The notes beneath the pieces are model-generated. The model saw only the letters and a program-made list of their open reading frames with translations. It made no database searches and was not told where the DNA came from. Positions 44,042 to 53,904 of a stretch of DNA of 64,000 nt are shown here, in pieces (positions within the stretch are counted from its first letter, which is position 1; the number at the start of each line of letters is the position of its first letter). Source of the stretch: Dehalococcoidia bacterium (lineage in GTDB: Bacteria; Chloroflexota; Dehalococcoidia; Bin125); the NCBI GenBank assembly GCA_965232875.1, contig OZ247431.1, forward strand, positions 2,102,828 through 2,166,827, written 5' to 3'. A program made the translations under genes and the position numbers.

Positions 44042-44521
44042 ATGACGCACTCAACCGGCCCGGGCGACGGAGCCGAACCTCAGTACCGATTGGCCACGGC
44101 CGACGACGCGGCAGCCATTGCCGACGTGATCCGCGATGTGGTTGAAGGGCCGAATCCGGTCGTCTTCGATCGGCCCTGGAGCGTCGAGGAAGTCTCGATG
44201 TGGCGGCGTCGTCTGGGCAACAGCGGCGCAATCTACGTCGCTGTGGAGGGCGACACGCTGATCGGATTCGGTTCGCTCGACTACAACACGCGCGAGCCCG
44301 AGACGGCGACGCTGGGCGTCTGGCTGCGTTCGGAGTGGCGACGGCGCGGAATCGGCACAGTGCTCGCGGAGTACCTGCTGTCGCACGCCCGCGAACAGAA
44401 CTTCGAGCGCGTCGTCGGATCAGTGCCGGACAACAATGAGGCTGCGCTCTCATTCCTCAGCGCCATCGGTGCACTCGCGCCGCTGATCAATCCAGACTCA
44501 CGATTCGAGCTGCCACTGTGA
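44042..44521 (+). CDS. GNAT-family N-acetyltransferase inserted between carA and carB
   Basis: 159-aa ORF with the acetyl-CoA motif WRRRGIGTVL. It starts 1 nt after the carA stop. Confidence 0.8.
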   Translation: MTHSTGPGDGAEPQYRLATADDAAAIADVIRDVVEGPNPVVFDRPWSVEEVSMWRRRLGNSGAIYVAVEGDTLIGFGSLDYNTREPETATLGVWLRSEWRRRGIGTVLAEYLLSHAREQNFERVVGSVPDNNEAALSFLSAIGALAPLINPDSRFELPL

Positions 44522-44533
44522 CGGGAACTTCGC

Positions 44534-44767
44534 TTGACGCTTCGAGGCTGGATGTTGGTCGGCGCCGCTCTGTGCGGGATTGCCGGCATCGCGAGCCTGA
44601 TGCTCGCGATGTGCTGCATCTTCGACATCATCGGCGGTCAATGCGAGCTGTGGCTGCTGGGACCGTTCGTGCTGTTGCCGTTCGGGCTTGGACTCGGACT
44701 CATTGGGCGCGCCTCAGGCCGGCCCGCAGATTGCCAAGAATCGAGATTCCCGCCTGCGCGGGAATGA
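44534..44767 (+). CDS. Possible small two-TM membrane protein
   Basis: WMLVGAALCGIAGIASLMLAMCCIF...LWLLGPFVLLPFGLGLGLIG. It has a non-ATG start and its 3' end runs into a family B repeat. Weak call. Confidence 0.3.
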   Translation: MTLRGWMLVGAALCGIAGIASLMLAMCCIFDIIGGQCELWLLGPFVLLPFGLGLGLIGRASGRPADCQESRFPPARE

Positions 44768-44769
44768 CG
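44742..44769. repeat. Family B hairpin unit
   Basis: cgagattcccgcctgcgcgggaatgacg lies immediately upstream of carB. Confidence 0.7.
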
Positions 44770-44779
44770 GAGGAGTGTT

Positions 44780-47700
44780 GTGGCTGAGGTGAACGTGAAG
44801 AAGCCTGAATCCGTCCTGATCATTGGCAGCGGCCCGATCGTGATCGGCCAGGCGGCCGAGTTCGACTACGCCGGCACGCAGGCATGCAAAGCCATGACTG
44901 AAGAGGGCGTGCGTTCGATCCTGGTCAATTCCAACCCGGCCACGATCATGACCGACGAGGGCGTCGCAGACGAGGTCTACATCGAACCATTGACCGTTCC
45001 GGTACTCAGGCGAATCATCGAGAGAGAGCGTCCCGAGGGCCTGCTGCCCACGCTCGGCGGACAGGTCGGCCTGAATCTCGCCGTCGATCTGCATGAAGCC
45101 GGCGTGCTGGATGAATTCAACGTCCGACTGCTCGGCACGCCGTTGGACGCGATTCGCCGCGCCGAGGATCGCGAGCTGTTTCGCCAGGCCATGCGCGATA
45201 TCGGCGAACCGACGCCTCCGTCGGCAGTCGTCACAACTGTCGACGAAGCTCGCGATGCATTAGAAGAAATCGGGCTGCCGGTCGCGATTCGCCCCGCATA
45301 CACGCTCGGCGGCACCGGAGGCGGGTTCGTCCGGACGATGGATGAGTTTGAGCGCGTCGTGCAGACCGGACTGGACGCGTCGCCGATTACGCAGATTCTG
45401 ATCGAGCGCTCACTGCTGGGCTGGAAAGAGGTCGAGTACGAGGTGATGCGCGACGGCGCCGACACGTGCATCACGATTTGCAACATGGAGAACCTCGACC
45501 CGATGGGCGTCCACACGGGCGATTCCATCGTGGTCGCTCCGTCGCAGACGCTGTCCGATAAGGACTATCAGATGTTGCGCTCTGCCTCGCTGAACATCAT
45601 TCGTTCGCTGGGCATCGAGGGCGGCTGCAACGTCCAGCTCGCGCTGGCGCCGCGACAGGATGTGGTTCCCTGGCCGCCGGAGTCGATGCGCGAAGGCGGC
45701 GGCGTTGGCGTCCCGCACGACGAGCCGTTGCCGTACTACGTAATTGAGGTGAACCCGCGCGTCAGCCGATCTTCTGCGCTGGCGTCGAAGGCGACCGGCT
45801 ATCCAATCGCTCGCGTGGCTGCGAAGATTGCCGCCGGCAAACGACTGGACGAGATCGCCAACCAGGTCACCGGTCGGACGCAGGCGGCATTCGAACCGGC
45901 GCTTGACTATTGCGTCGTCAAGATTCCGCGCTGGCCGTTTGACAAGTTCGAGGCCGGCGACCGCGTGCTCGGCACGCAGATGAAAGCCACTGGCGAGGTG
46001 ATGGCGATCGACCGCACCTTCGAGGCTGCGCTGCAGAAAGCGATCCGCTCGCTGGAAGTTGGTGGTAAGTCGGTGCTGTGGGAGGACTCAGAGGCCGAGG
46101 CGGAGCCGGTCAAGGCCGCCGAGACCCCGACCGACATACGCCTCTGGCACCTGCTCGCCGCGGTGCGGTCAGATGTGCCTCTGGACGAGATCGCCCAACG
46201 CTCAGGCGTTGATCCCTGGTTCCTGGAACGGCTCGAGACGATCGTGCAGATGGAGCGTCGCTTGCTCGCGGAACCACTGACGCCAACGTTGATGGGTCGC
46301 GCCAAGCGGTTGGGCTTTGCCGACGAGCAGATCGCCAACCTGGCTGGCAGCGTCGGTGAACGCATCCGAGAGCAACGTGTTGGATGGGGCATCAAGCCGG
46401 TCTACAAGATGGTCGACACTTGCGCGGCCGAGTTTGACGCGGTGACTCCCTATTTCTACTCGACCTATGAAGACGAGAACGAGGCTGAGCCGCAGCAAGG
46501 CAATCGCGCTCTCGTGGTTGGGTCGGGCCCGATCCGCATCGGACAGGGCATCGAGTTTGACTACGCGTCTGTCAAAGCCGCGCAAGCGCTGCGCGCTGCC
46601 GGTTGGGGCGCGGTGATGGCGAATAGCAATCCCGAGACCGTCTCGACCGACTTTGACACTTCAGATCGCCTGTATTTTGAACCGCTCGACGAAGAGGCCG
46701 TCCGCGACATCCTCGAGAACGAGGACGGATCGCAGAACGGCAACGGCGGAGTCTCATCGATCCTCCAGTTCGGTGGGCAGACGGCGATCAATCTCGCTGG
46801 CCCGCTGACCAGCGCTGCGCGTCCGATTCTCGGCTCCTCGGCCGATGTCATCGATCTGGCCGAAGACCGTCGGCGATTCGAGCGGTTCCTCGCCGACCTC
46901 GGCATTCCCCAACCCCCGGGCACGGCGGTCAGCAATGTCGATGAGGCCGTGCTGGCTGCGGATGCGATTGGCTATCCGGTGCTGGTGCGGCCGTCATACG
47001 TCCTCGGCGGACGCGCGATGGAGATCGTGCAGGGCGTCGGTGACTTGGCCCGCTACGTGGTGCAGGCGCAGGCCGCCGCACCCGGCAAGCCGATCTTGAT
47101 TGACAAGTATCTGGCTGGGATTGAGGTCGAGGTTGATGCGATCTGCGGTGGCCCCGGTGACGATGCTGTGTTGATTCCGGGAATCATGGAGCACATCGAA
47201 CGCGCTGGCGTGCATTCGGGCGACTCGATGGCTGTCTATCCGGCGCCGAATCTCCGTGCGAGTGAAGTCGCGAAGATCATCGATTACACCCGCGAGATCG
47301 GCATCGGACTCGGTGTGACCGGACTGATGAATATCCAGTACGTGATCATGCGCGAGTCGGATGATCATGACGGCGACGTGTTTGTCCTCGAGGTCAATCC
47401 ACGCGCCAGTCGTACCGTGCCCTTCCTGAGCAAGATCACCGGCGTGCCGATGGTCGAAGTCGCCGTGCGCGCCATGCTGGGCGAGAGGTTGGCCGAACAG
47501 GGCTATGCCGGTGGACTCTGGCCGGCGACACCGCTGGTTGCCGTCAAGGCGCCGGTCTTCTCGATGTCGAAGCTGTCTGGAGTTGACACGCACCTGGGGC
47601 CGGAAATGAAATCCACCGGCGAGGTCATGGGCGTCGATGTCGACTACGACAAGGCGCTGAGCAAGGCGTTGATCGCGGCCGGTATGGCTGTCCCGGCGAA

Positions 47701-48106
47701 GGGCAAAGCGCTGCTCAGCATCGCCGACCAGGACAAGCCGGCCGCACTCTCGTTGATTCGAGAATTGGGCGAAGCGGGCTACGAGTTCCATGCCACAATC
47801 GGCACGGCGAACCTGATTCGCGGTCTCGGGTATGAGGTCCACGACGCTCCCAAGCGCGAAGTCGGTGGCGATCCTGACGTGATCGACCTGATTCGCTCAG
47901 GACAAATCGACATGGTGATCAACACGCCTGAGCAGATCAGCAGCAACATCCGCGATGGTTTCCATATCCGTCGCGCCGCCGCCGAGCAACGGATCCCCTG
48001 CTTCACATCCATCGATACGGCGCATCATGCCGTCGGCGCGATGCTTGAAGGTGGCGCGGACTACAACATTGCACCGCTTCCCGACTATACCGGCGGCCGG
48101 ATTTAG
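44780..48106 (+). CDS. carB: Carbamoyl-phosphate synthase large subunit
   Basis: 1108-aa ORF with duplicated ATP-grasp halves: [21 protein letters not shown] and [16 protein letters not shown], and [21 protein letters not shown] and [20 protein letters not shown]. Confidence 0.95.
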   Translation: MAEVNVKKPESVLIIGSGPIVIGQAAEFDYAGTQACKAMTEEGVRSILVNSNPATIMTDEGVADEVYIEPLTVPVLRRIIERERPEGLLPTLGGQVGLNLAVDLHEAGVLDEFNVRLLGTPLDAIRRAEDRELFRQAMRDIGEPTPPSAVVTTVDEARDALEEIGLPVAIRPAYTLGGTGGGFVRTMDEFERVVQTGLDASPITQILIERSLLGWKEVEYEVMRDGADTCITICNMENLDPMGVHTGDSIVVAPSQTLSDKDYQMLRSASLNIIRSLGIEGGCNVQLALAPRQDVVPWPPESMREGGGVGVPHDEPLPYYVIEVNPRVSRSSALASKATGYPIARVAAKIAAGKRLDEIANQVTGRTQAAFEPALDYCVVKIPRWPFDKFEAGDRVLGTQMKATGEVMAIDRTFEAALQKAIRSLEVGGKSVLWEDSEAEAEPVKAAETPTDIRLWHLLAAVRSDVPLDEIAQRSGVDPWFLERLETIVQMERRLLAEPLTPTLMGRAKRLGFADEQIANLAGSVGERIREQRVGWGIKPVYKMVDTCAAEFDAVTPYFYSTYEDENEAEPQQGNRALVVGSGPIRIGQGIEFDYASVKAAQALRAAGWGAVMANSNPETVSTDFDTSDRLYFEPLDEEAVRDILENEDGSQNGNGGVSSILQFGGQTAINLAGPLTSAARPILGSSADVIDLAEDRRRFERFLADLGIPQPPGTAVSNVDEAVLAADAIGYPVLVRPSYVLGGRAMEIVQGVGDLARYVVQAQAAAPGKPILIDKYLAGIEVEVDAICGGPGDDAVLIPGIMEHIERAGVHSGDSMAVYPAPNLRASEVAKIIDYTREIGIGLGVTGLMNIQYVIMRESDDHDGDVFVLEVNPRASRTVPFLSKITGVPMVEVAVRAMLGERLAEQGYAGGLWPATPLVAVKAPVFSMSKLSGVDTHLGPEMKSTGEVMGVDVDYDKALSKALIAAGMAVPAKGKALLSIADQDKPAALSLIRELGEAGYEFHATIGTANLIRGLGYEVHDAPKREVGGDPDVIDLIRSGQIDMVINTPEQISSNIRDGFHIRRAAAEQRIPCFTSIDTAHHAVGAMLEGGADYNIAPLPDYTGGRI

Positions 48107-48126
48107 GGAACCGGGGAGTCATTCAG

Positions 48127-48933
48127 GTGCGTCGCGCCGCTGCCCGGGTGATCGAGACTGAAGAAATCTATCCCGGCACGTTCGTCACCTGGTACGACGC
48201 GCCGTCGCTTTCGCAGCATGCGCAACCAGGCCAGTTTGTGATGGTTGATCCCGGCAGCGAGCACGGGACTTTCGATCCGCTGCTACCCCGAGCGTTCTCC
48301 TACTACCGATTCCGGTTCGCCTCGGCGAGAGACTCCGAGCGCCAGTTCGCGCTCCTCTACACCGTCATCGGACGCGTCACCGAGCAGATGGCGACCATGC
48401 AACCGGGAGATCGAGTCTGGATGACCGGTCCACTCGGGCGCGGCTTCGATGTGCGGCGCAGCGCCTCAAACCTGCTGCTCGTTGGCGGCGGCGTCGGGAT
48501 CGCGCCGCTGGTGGCATTGGCGGATGCAGAATCTGAGCGGTCGTCGCGTAGCCGCTCAATCGTGCTTTGCTTCGGCGCTCGCAGCGCCGAGGGCGTCTAT
48601 CCCGCCGAGCTGCTGCCGCCGCAGGTCGAGTACCAGGTCTCGACGGAGGACGGTTCGATGGGCACGCAAGGATTCGTCACGGATCTTTTTGCGGAGTATC
48701 TGACCTGGGCCGACCAATCGTTCGCTTGCGGTCCGGTTCCGATGTTCCGTGCCATGTCGCCAATCGTCCGGCGAGACGGGATGAATCGCCCAGTCCAAAT
48801 CCTGATGGAAACCGAAATGGCCTGCGGAACCGGCATCTGCTACGGCTGCGCCGTCTTCACCAAGCAAGGCGTGAAGCTCTGCTGCAAGGACGGTCCAAGG
48901 TTTGAGCTACTCGATGTCTATCCGAATGGCTAG
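48127..48933 (+). CDS. pyrK: Dihydroorotate dehydrogenase electron-transfer (FAD/2Fe-2S) subunit
   Basis: 268-aa ORF. RAFSYY is a flavin-binding motif, GGGVGIAPL is NAD/FAD-type, and C-x4-C-x2-C...C (MACGTGICYGCAV...LCCKDGP) is the Fe-S cluster motif. Confidence 0.85.
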   Translation: MRRAAARVIETEEIYPGTFVTWYDAPSLSQHAQPGQFVMVDPGSEHGTFDPLLPRAFSYYRFRFASARDSERQFALLYTVIGRVTEQMATMQPGDRVWMTGPLGRGFDVRRSASNLLLVGGGVGIAPLVALADAESERSSRSRSIVLCFGARSAEGVYPAELLPPQVEYQVSTEDGSMGTQGFVTDLFAEYLTWADQSFACGPVPMFRAMSPIVRRDGMNRPVQILMETEMACGTGICYGCAVFTKQGVKLCCKDGPRFELLDVYPNG

Positions 48934-48942
48934 CATTCAGAG

Positions 48943-51258
48943 ATGCGCAAATTGGTGCTGGCCATTGCCGTCTCGCTCGCCTTGCTCGTCGCGCTCACCG
49001 ACGCGTTGTCGGCGGAGGAACCGGCCCCGGACGCACGCGCTGTCATGCTGCAGCCTGGCGACAACCTCGTCGGCTGGGTTGCCGAGCCGATCGCGGTCGC
49101 GGACATCTTCAAAGCGATACCGCAGGCGGCGCTGATCTATCGCTGGGACGCCGACTCGCGGACGTATCAGTACGCGATCCGCGAGATTGGCGGCAATCTC
49201 GAAACGCTCCAGCCCGGCATGGCAGCCAAGATACGCATTAGCGGTAGCGAATCGGTCGAGTGGGAGCGTCCGCTGACCCCGGCCAAGTGCATGGTCACAC
49301 TCTATTCGGGCGTCAACTGGGTCGCCTGGAACGGCCGCGACGAGTGGTCGCTCGATCAGGTCGCGCGGGGCATCGGATCGTCTCTGATCAGTCTCGAGGT
49401 ACGCGGGATCGCCTATCAGCCCGACAGCGACGTCTCAGAAAAGATCGGGCCGCTCGACGGCGATACCACTATCCGTCGCGGCGACGCACTGCGTGTCACG
49501 GTCAACCGAGATCTGCGCTGGCTCCAACCAACCGGCATGATGCTGAAGATCGTCTGGAAAGGCGAGATTTCCGAGTCGGTACGGGAGGAGGTCACCACTG
49601 ACGTAAAGCGCACTTTCGATTTCTTCGCCGAGGAGTTTGCGATTGAGCCTGACTTCACTGAGACGACCCTGCTGCTGTTTGGCAGCATCGACGCTGCCGT
49701 TCAGCACGCGGAGTCAGGAGCGGAACCCAGGCCCCTGTATGCGCCGGATCATCTTCGCAGCACGTTGGAAACCGGCTGGCAGGCTGAAAAACAGCCCTGG
49801 GGTTTCTGGGCGTGGGTATGCGGTTGGCAGTCGCAACCTCCAGCAGCCTGCCATGGCCATAGGGCGGCAACTCTGGCTCACGAGTTGTTTCACGTACTGC
49901 AAGATCAACTGTCTACACGCCATCCGCATCTGTCACCGACTTGGATGAGCGAAGGGACCGCCACCTGGCTGAACTGGCGGCTGCCACCTGAGTTCGGTCA
50001 GGCGTCCTATGAGGATCAGCGTCAATGGACAATCGATCGCGTAGCGCAAACGAGTGAGCCGCTGAAGGCCGGAGAAAACGGCTTCTATCGCTGGGTCTAT
50101 GACCTCGGCTCTGTAGTAGCCGATCGTTTGGTTGAGGTGAGTGGCGTCGATGCGCTCCTCGACTTCGATCGCCTGTTGTATCCGCAGTCGATCGGCAAGG
50201 AACGACGATGGGTGCAGTTGCCTACATGGCACGAGGCGTTTGAGGCCGCGTTCGGCCTCACAGTCGCGGCGTTCTACGACGAGTTCGAGGTCTGGCGCAC
50301 TACGCTGCCTAAGACCGCGCACCAGAGAGGCAACAACCAGAACGACGTAAAGCTGTCGGGGACACTCCGCCTGAGCGATGGATCCCCGGCGGTTGGATTC
50401 ATCGCCTTCGCTCAAGAGTATGACGATGCGATTGCGATTGGGCTCGAACGAACTGCCGTTATTGAAGAAGGGGGAGCGTTCACACTCTATGTGGCCGCAA
50501 AGACGATCCAACACCTTCGACTCACGCGCGACGGCTGTACGCTCTGGCTCACCAATGATGGCCTGACAATGGCACTGCCTCAGTCAGGTCAGTACCGAGA
50601 CCTGGACACACGCGACTTGCCCAACTTGAACTTAACGCTGCCCGAGGGCGCGTGCGAGAACGAACTCAGGATTAACGTCAACAAGTTACGCGGTGACGAA
50701 CGGCAGCTTGAGCTGGACTTAGTCGCTCAGGAAACCGGGTCGAGCACATTGGCGACGCTTGGATCTTCCGGGACGTTCACGGCCTATGCGCCGAACTCAG
50801 GCGAGTACAGATTTCGCATAATAGTCGGCGGTTGTCTCCTGTGGTATCACGAAGATGGGCTGGCCGCGTCGATGCAGAGTGGACAACTGCTCTCACTCGG
50901 AGAGCAACCTGTGACAATCGATTTTCATGTTTCAGATGACCTATGCAGCCGAACGATCAGCGGTCGATTCTTCAGAGGGGAGGGTAACCCCTCCGGTGAT
51001 GGTTGGCTGGAGATAACTAGCGGTTATAGGTTTGGTAACGCTGCCTTGGCCGAAAATGGTGAGTTCACCATCGTAGTTCCGGAGTCAGAAGACTACGTGC
51101 TCAGTTACTGGACAGGCGATGAAGGATGTTGGGTTCACTACAGCCCTGCGGGCGCCACCATTGACTGGGACCAAGCCACCCCGATCACCGTCGCCGACGA
51201 GGATGTGACCGGCATCGAGTTTGTTGTGCCGAACGACCCCTCGATCCTCTGCAACTGA
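48943..51258 (+). CDS. Secreted putative gluzincin-type metalloprotease (HExxH + E) with three Cys-bracketed C-terminal modules, paralog 1
   Basis: 771-aa ORF with a signal peptide (...LTDALSA|EE). HELFH is at nt 49879-49893 and the downstream Glu (WMSEGTATW) lies 20 aa after the second His. It is collinear with 61195-63573. Confidence 0.7.
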   Translation: MRKLVLAIAVSLALLVALTDALSAEEPAPDARAVMLQPGDNLVGWVAEPIAVADIFKAIPQAALIYRWDADSRTYQYAIREIGGNLETLQPGMAAKIRISGSESVEWERPLTPAKCMVTLYSGVNWVAWNGRDEWSLDQVARGIGSSLISLEVRGIAYQPDSDVSEKIGPLDGDTTIRRGDALRVTVNRDLRWLQPTGMMLKIVWKGEISESVREEVTTDVKRTFDFFAEEFAIEPDFTETTLLLFGSIDAAVQHAESGAEPRPLYAPDHLRSTLETGWQAEKQPWGFWAWVCGWQSQPPAACHGHRAATLAHELFHVLQDQLSTRHPHLSPTWMSEGTATWLNWRLPPEFGQASYEDQRQWTIDRVAQTSEPLKAGENGFYRWVYDLGSVVADRLVEVSGVDALLDFDRLLYPQSIGKERRWVQLPTWHEAFEAAFGLTVAAFYDEFEVWRTTLPKTAHQRGNNQNDVKLSGTLRLSDGSPAVGFIAFAQEYDDAIAIGLERTAVIEEGGAFTLYVAAKTIQHLRLTRDGCTLWLTNDGLTMALPQSGQYRDLDTRDLPNLNLTLPEGACENELRINVNKLRGDERQLELDLVAQETGSSTLATLGSSGTFTAYAPNSGEYRFRIIVGGCLLWYHEDGLAASMQSGQLLSLGEQPVTIDFHVSDDLCSRTISGRFFRGEGNPSGDGWLEITSGYRFGNAALAENGEFTIVVPESEDYVLSYWTGDEGCWVHYSPAGATIDWDQATPITVADEDVTGIEFVVPNDPSILCN

Positions 51259-51312
51259 GGCTCTGCGTTACCCTGCCCGCGACTGAGGTGGATATTCGGC
51301 TCGGGGGTTTTC

Positions 51313-52170
51313 ATGGCGCGTGAAGGTCGGTTGGTCCTGGATGAGCTGGTGTTTCCCGAAGGTCCTCGCTGGTTTGAGGGCCGGCTCTGGTTCTCCGATA
51401 TGCATGCCCTTGAGGTCGTTGCTGTCACCCCCGACGGTGAACGCGAGACGATTGTCGAAGTGCCAAATCAGCCCTCCGGGCTTGGCTTCCTTCCCGATGG
51501 ACGCCTGCTGAGCGTCTCGATGACCGATCGCAAGCTGCTGCGACTCGATCCCGACGGCCTGTACGAGGTCGCCGACATCTCCGACAAGGCGCCTTATCAC
51601 TGCAACGATATGGTGGTTGACGCCGCCGGCAACGCGTACATCGGCAACTTCGGATTCGACATCACCGACGGCTCCCCGCCGCGTGCGACAATGATTGTCA
51701 AGGTCACGACCGATGGTGAATCGTCTATCGTGGCCGATGGCATCCAGTTTCCCAATGGCACGGTGATCACGCCTGATGGCGGCACGCTGATCGTTGGCGA
51801 GAGCTGGGGTCAGCGCTTGACCGCCTTCGATGTCGCGGAGGACGGTTCGCTGTCCAACCGGCGAGTCTGGGCCGACCTAGCCAAGAATGGCGTTGGGCCG
51901 CCCGACGGCATCTGTCTCGACGCTGATGGCGCGATCTGGGTCGCGGTTCCGACGAATCCTGGGGCATTGGCTCGTGTCGCCGAGGGCGGTGAAGTCCTGG
52001 AACGGATTGAGGTGCCGGACATGGGCGTCTACGCCTGCATGCTGGGCGGCGAGGAACGCAAGACGCTGTTCTCGCTTGAAGCGCCGACGTCGAATCCACA
52101 GCCGGGTGATCCGCGACTGGGACGCATTCGAGCCTTCGATGTTGAAGTCGGCGGCGCGGGACTGCCATAG
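51313..52170 (+). CDS. SMP-30/gluconolactonase/LRE-family beta-propeller protein
   Basis: 285-aa ORF. FPEGPRWFEGRLWFSDM, PSGLGFLPDGRLL, NDMVVDAAGNAYIG and PDGICLDADGAIWVA are typical repeats. Confidence 0.8.
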   Translation: MAREGRLVLDELVFPEGPRWFEGRLWFSDMHALEVVAVTPDGERETIVEVPNQPSGLGFLPDGRLLSVSMTDRKLLRLDPDGLYEVADISDKAPYHCNDMVVDAAGNAYIGNFGFDITDGSPPRATMIVKVTTDGESSIVADGIQFPNGTVITPDGGTLIVGESWGQRLTAFDVAEDGSLSNRRVWADLAKNGVGPPDGICLDADGAIWVAVPTNPGALARVAEGGEVLERIEVPDMGVYACMLGGEERKTLFSLEAPTSNPQPGDPRLGRIRAFDVEVGGAGLP

Positions 52171-52187
52171 GATCCGCGATTGAGGGC

Positions 52188-52751
52188 ATGAACAAGGCCG
52201 AATTGCGACGCATGCTCCGGGCGTCTCGGGCATCTCTACCAGAGGAACTTGTTGACGGTTGGTCGACAGCGATCTGTGCTCGACTGAATGCCCTGGAGCG
52301 CTGGCGCCAGGCCGGGATCGTGCATTGCTATGTTGGCGCGCTGCCTGGCGAAGTTCGCACTGAGCGCCTAATGCGACGCGCGTTGCGCGATCATAAGCGA
52401 GTCATCTGTCCCCGTGTTTGCCCGCACGGCCAGTTGGAGCACCGAGAGGTGACTGAACTGTCCCAGTTGACCGGCTCGGCGTTTGGGCTGCGAGAACCGG
52501 ATCCTGAGCTGTGCGCTCCAATGGACGCGACGCTGCCGGAGATTCTGGTCGTGCCGGGCGTTGCATTCAGCGCCGACGGGCATCGGCTGGGAATGGGCGG
52601 CGGCTACTACGATCGATTCCTCTCACAGACTGGAACTGCCAGAATCGGGCTGGCATTTGAGATGCAGTTGATCGATTCGCTGCCGCGAGCGGATCATGAC
52701 GAGCCCGTAGATCTGATTGTGACTGAGCTGCGAGTGATCAAGTGTCGATGA
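52188..52751 (+). CDS. 5-formyltetrahydrofolate cyclo-ligase
   Basis: 187-aa ORF with the K..LR N-terminus and LVVPGVAFSADGHRLGMGGGYYDRFL. Confidence 0.8.
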   Translation: MNKAELRRMLRASRASLPEELVDGWSTAICARLNALERWRQAGIVHCYVGALPGEVRTERLMRRALRDHKRVICPRVCPHGQLEHREVTELSQLTGSAFGLREPDPELCAPMDATLPEILVVPGVAFSADGHRLGMGGGYYDRFLSQTGTARIGLAFEMQLIDSLPRADHDEPVDLIVTELRVIKCR

Positions 52752-53200
52752 TCCAGTGGATGCCGCCGCGTCGCGCTGCCGTGTTTCATGCGGTTACGAC
52801 TCGAGAGGATCTGGTGACGGCCTTTGCCGAGATGTATCCGGCAGTCTGGGACGCTCTGCAGGAGCAAGGCGGAGCGGACTTGGGAGAAGTGGTCGCGGTC
52901 TACCACTCGATCGATGAGGATGAGCTGGTGTTGTCGGCGGGGATTGAGTTCCGGGGCGACTTCTCACCTCGGGAACCGTTGGCGCTGCTTGAGCTGGGCG
53001 GTTGCGAGGCCGGAATGATTGATCACTTTGGGCCGTATCTGTTTGCCGACTTCCGACAGACACAGGCTCAGTTGGAGGCGGAACTGGACTCGGTAGGTCG
53101 CACTCCGAGCGGCGTGGTGGTTGAGCGCTATCTCACGATGCCCGACGCCGAACCGGATCAATCCAAGTGGCATACCGAGATCTGGCTGCCGCTGTCGTAG
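52742..53200 (+). CDS. GyrI-like small-molecule-binding domain protein
   Basis: 152-aa ORF. It has the pattern of duplicated beta-alpha-beta-beta halves and the C-terminal WHTEIWLPL typical of GyrI-like/AraC-effector domains. Confidence 0.55.
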   Translation: MSMIQWMPPRRAAVFHAVTTREDLVTAFAEMYPAVWDALQEQGGADLGEVVAVYHSIDEDELVLSAGIEFRGDFSPREPLALLELGGCEAGMIDHFGPYLFADFRQTQAQLEAELDSVGRTPSGVVVERYLTMPDAEPDQSKWHTEIWLPLS

Positions 53201-53237
53201 TCTGCTCCAAACACGGAGTCGCAAGTGGAGGATCGAC

Positions 53238-53690
53238 ATGCCCGAGATTGTTCAACTAGCCGCCAGGCGAGTCGCTGTGATGCACGCCAACGCGTCGACC
53301 GAGGAGCTGCCGGCCACATTTGCGCGCATCTTCCCGGCGGTCCATGCCGCATTGACGGAGCAGGGTGTGGCCGAGATGGGTCACGTGATCGCCGTCTATC
53401 ACTCGATGGACGCAAATCAGATGTCGCTTTCGGCGGGCATCGAGATTGGCGACGATATCGAGCTCGCGGAACCGCTGGAGCTGCTTGAGATGCCGGCCTG
53501 CGACGCCGTCAAGGCCGACCACTACGGCCCATACGACCAGCTCGCGAAGACGCACGAGTCAATCTGGCCCTTCGTCGAGAAGCTCGGTCGGGCGCCGAGC
53601 AGCGGTCCGATCGAGCGCTACATCACCGACCCGGAGGCAGAGCCGGATCAGTCGAAGTGGCACACGGAGATACTGTTGCCGCTGCAGTAG
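53238..53690 (+). CDS. GyrI-like small-molecule-binding domain protein, tandem paralog
   Basis: This uses an internal ATG of track ORF 53121-53690 and is collinear with the preceding gene. Shared blocks are FARIFPAVHAALTEQGV / FAEMYPAVWDALQEQGG and PDQSKWHTEILLPL / PDQSKWHTEIWLPL. Confidence 0.55.
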   Translation: MPEIVQLAARRVAVMHANASTEELPATFARIFPAVHAALTEQGVAEMGHVIAVYHSMDANQMSLSAGIEIGDDIELAEPLELLEMPACDAVKADHYGPYDQLAKTHESIWPFVEKLGRAPSSGPIERYITDPEAEPDQSKWHTEILLPLQ

Positions 53691-53747
53691 GTCTGGGCGA
53701 CGCGTGATCGTGACGTCGCCGCCACGCGAACCTTGTTGCGCGTGCAG

Positions 53748-53779
53748 CGAGATTGCCGAGCTGAACTCGGCAATGACGG
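53748..53779. repeat. Family B-like hairpin unit (diverged)
   Basis: cgagattgccgagctgaactcggcaatgacgg. Confidence 0.5.
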
Positions 53780-53805
53780 AGCGCTGAGTTTGGATACCGG
53801 GAGCA

Positions 53806-53880
53806 TGGAGCGGGGGACGGGATTCGAACCCGCGGCCACCTGCTTGGAAGGCAGGAGCTCTACCCCTGAGCTACCCCCGC
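53806..53880 (-). tRNA. tRNA-Gly (anticodon UCC)
   Basis: The reverse complement is GCGGGGGTAGCTCAGGGGTAGAGCTCCTGCCTTCCAAGCAGGTGGCCGCGGGTTCGAATCCCGTCCCCCGCTCCA. It has anticodon loop CTTCCAA, T-loop TTCGAAT and an encoded CCA. Confidence 0.85.
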
Positions 53881-53904
53881 GTTGGCCTTGTTGAGCGTAC
53901 CGGA

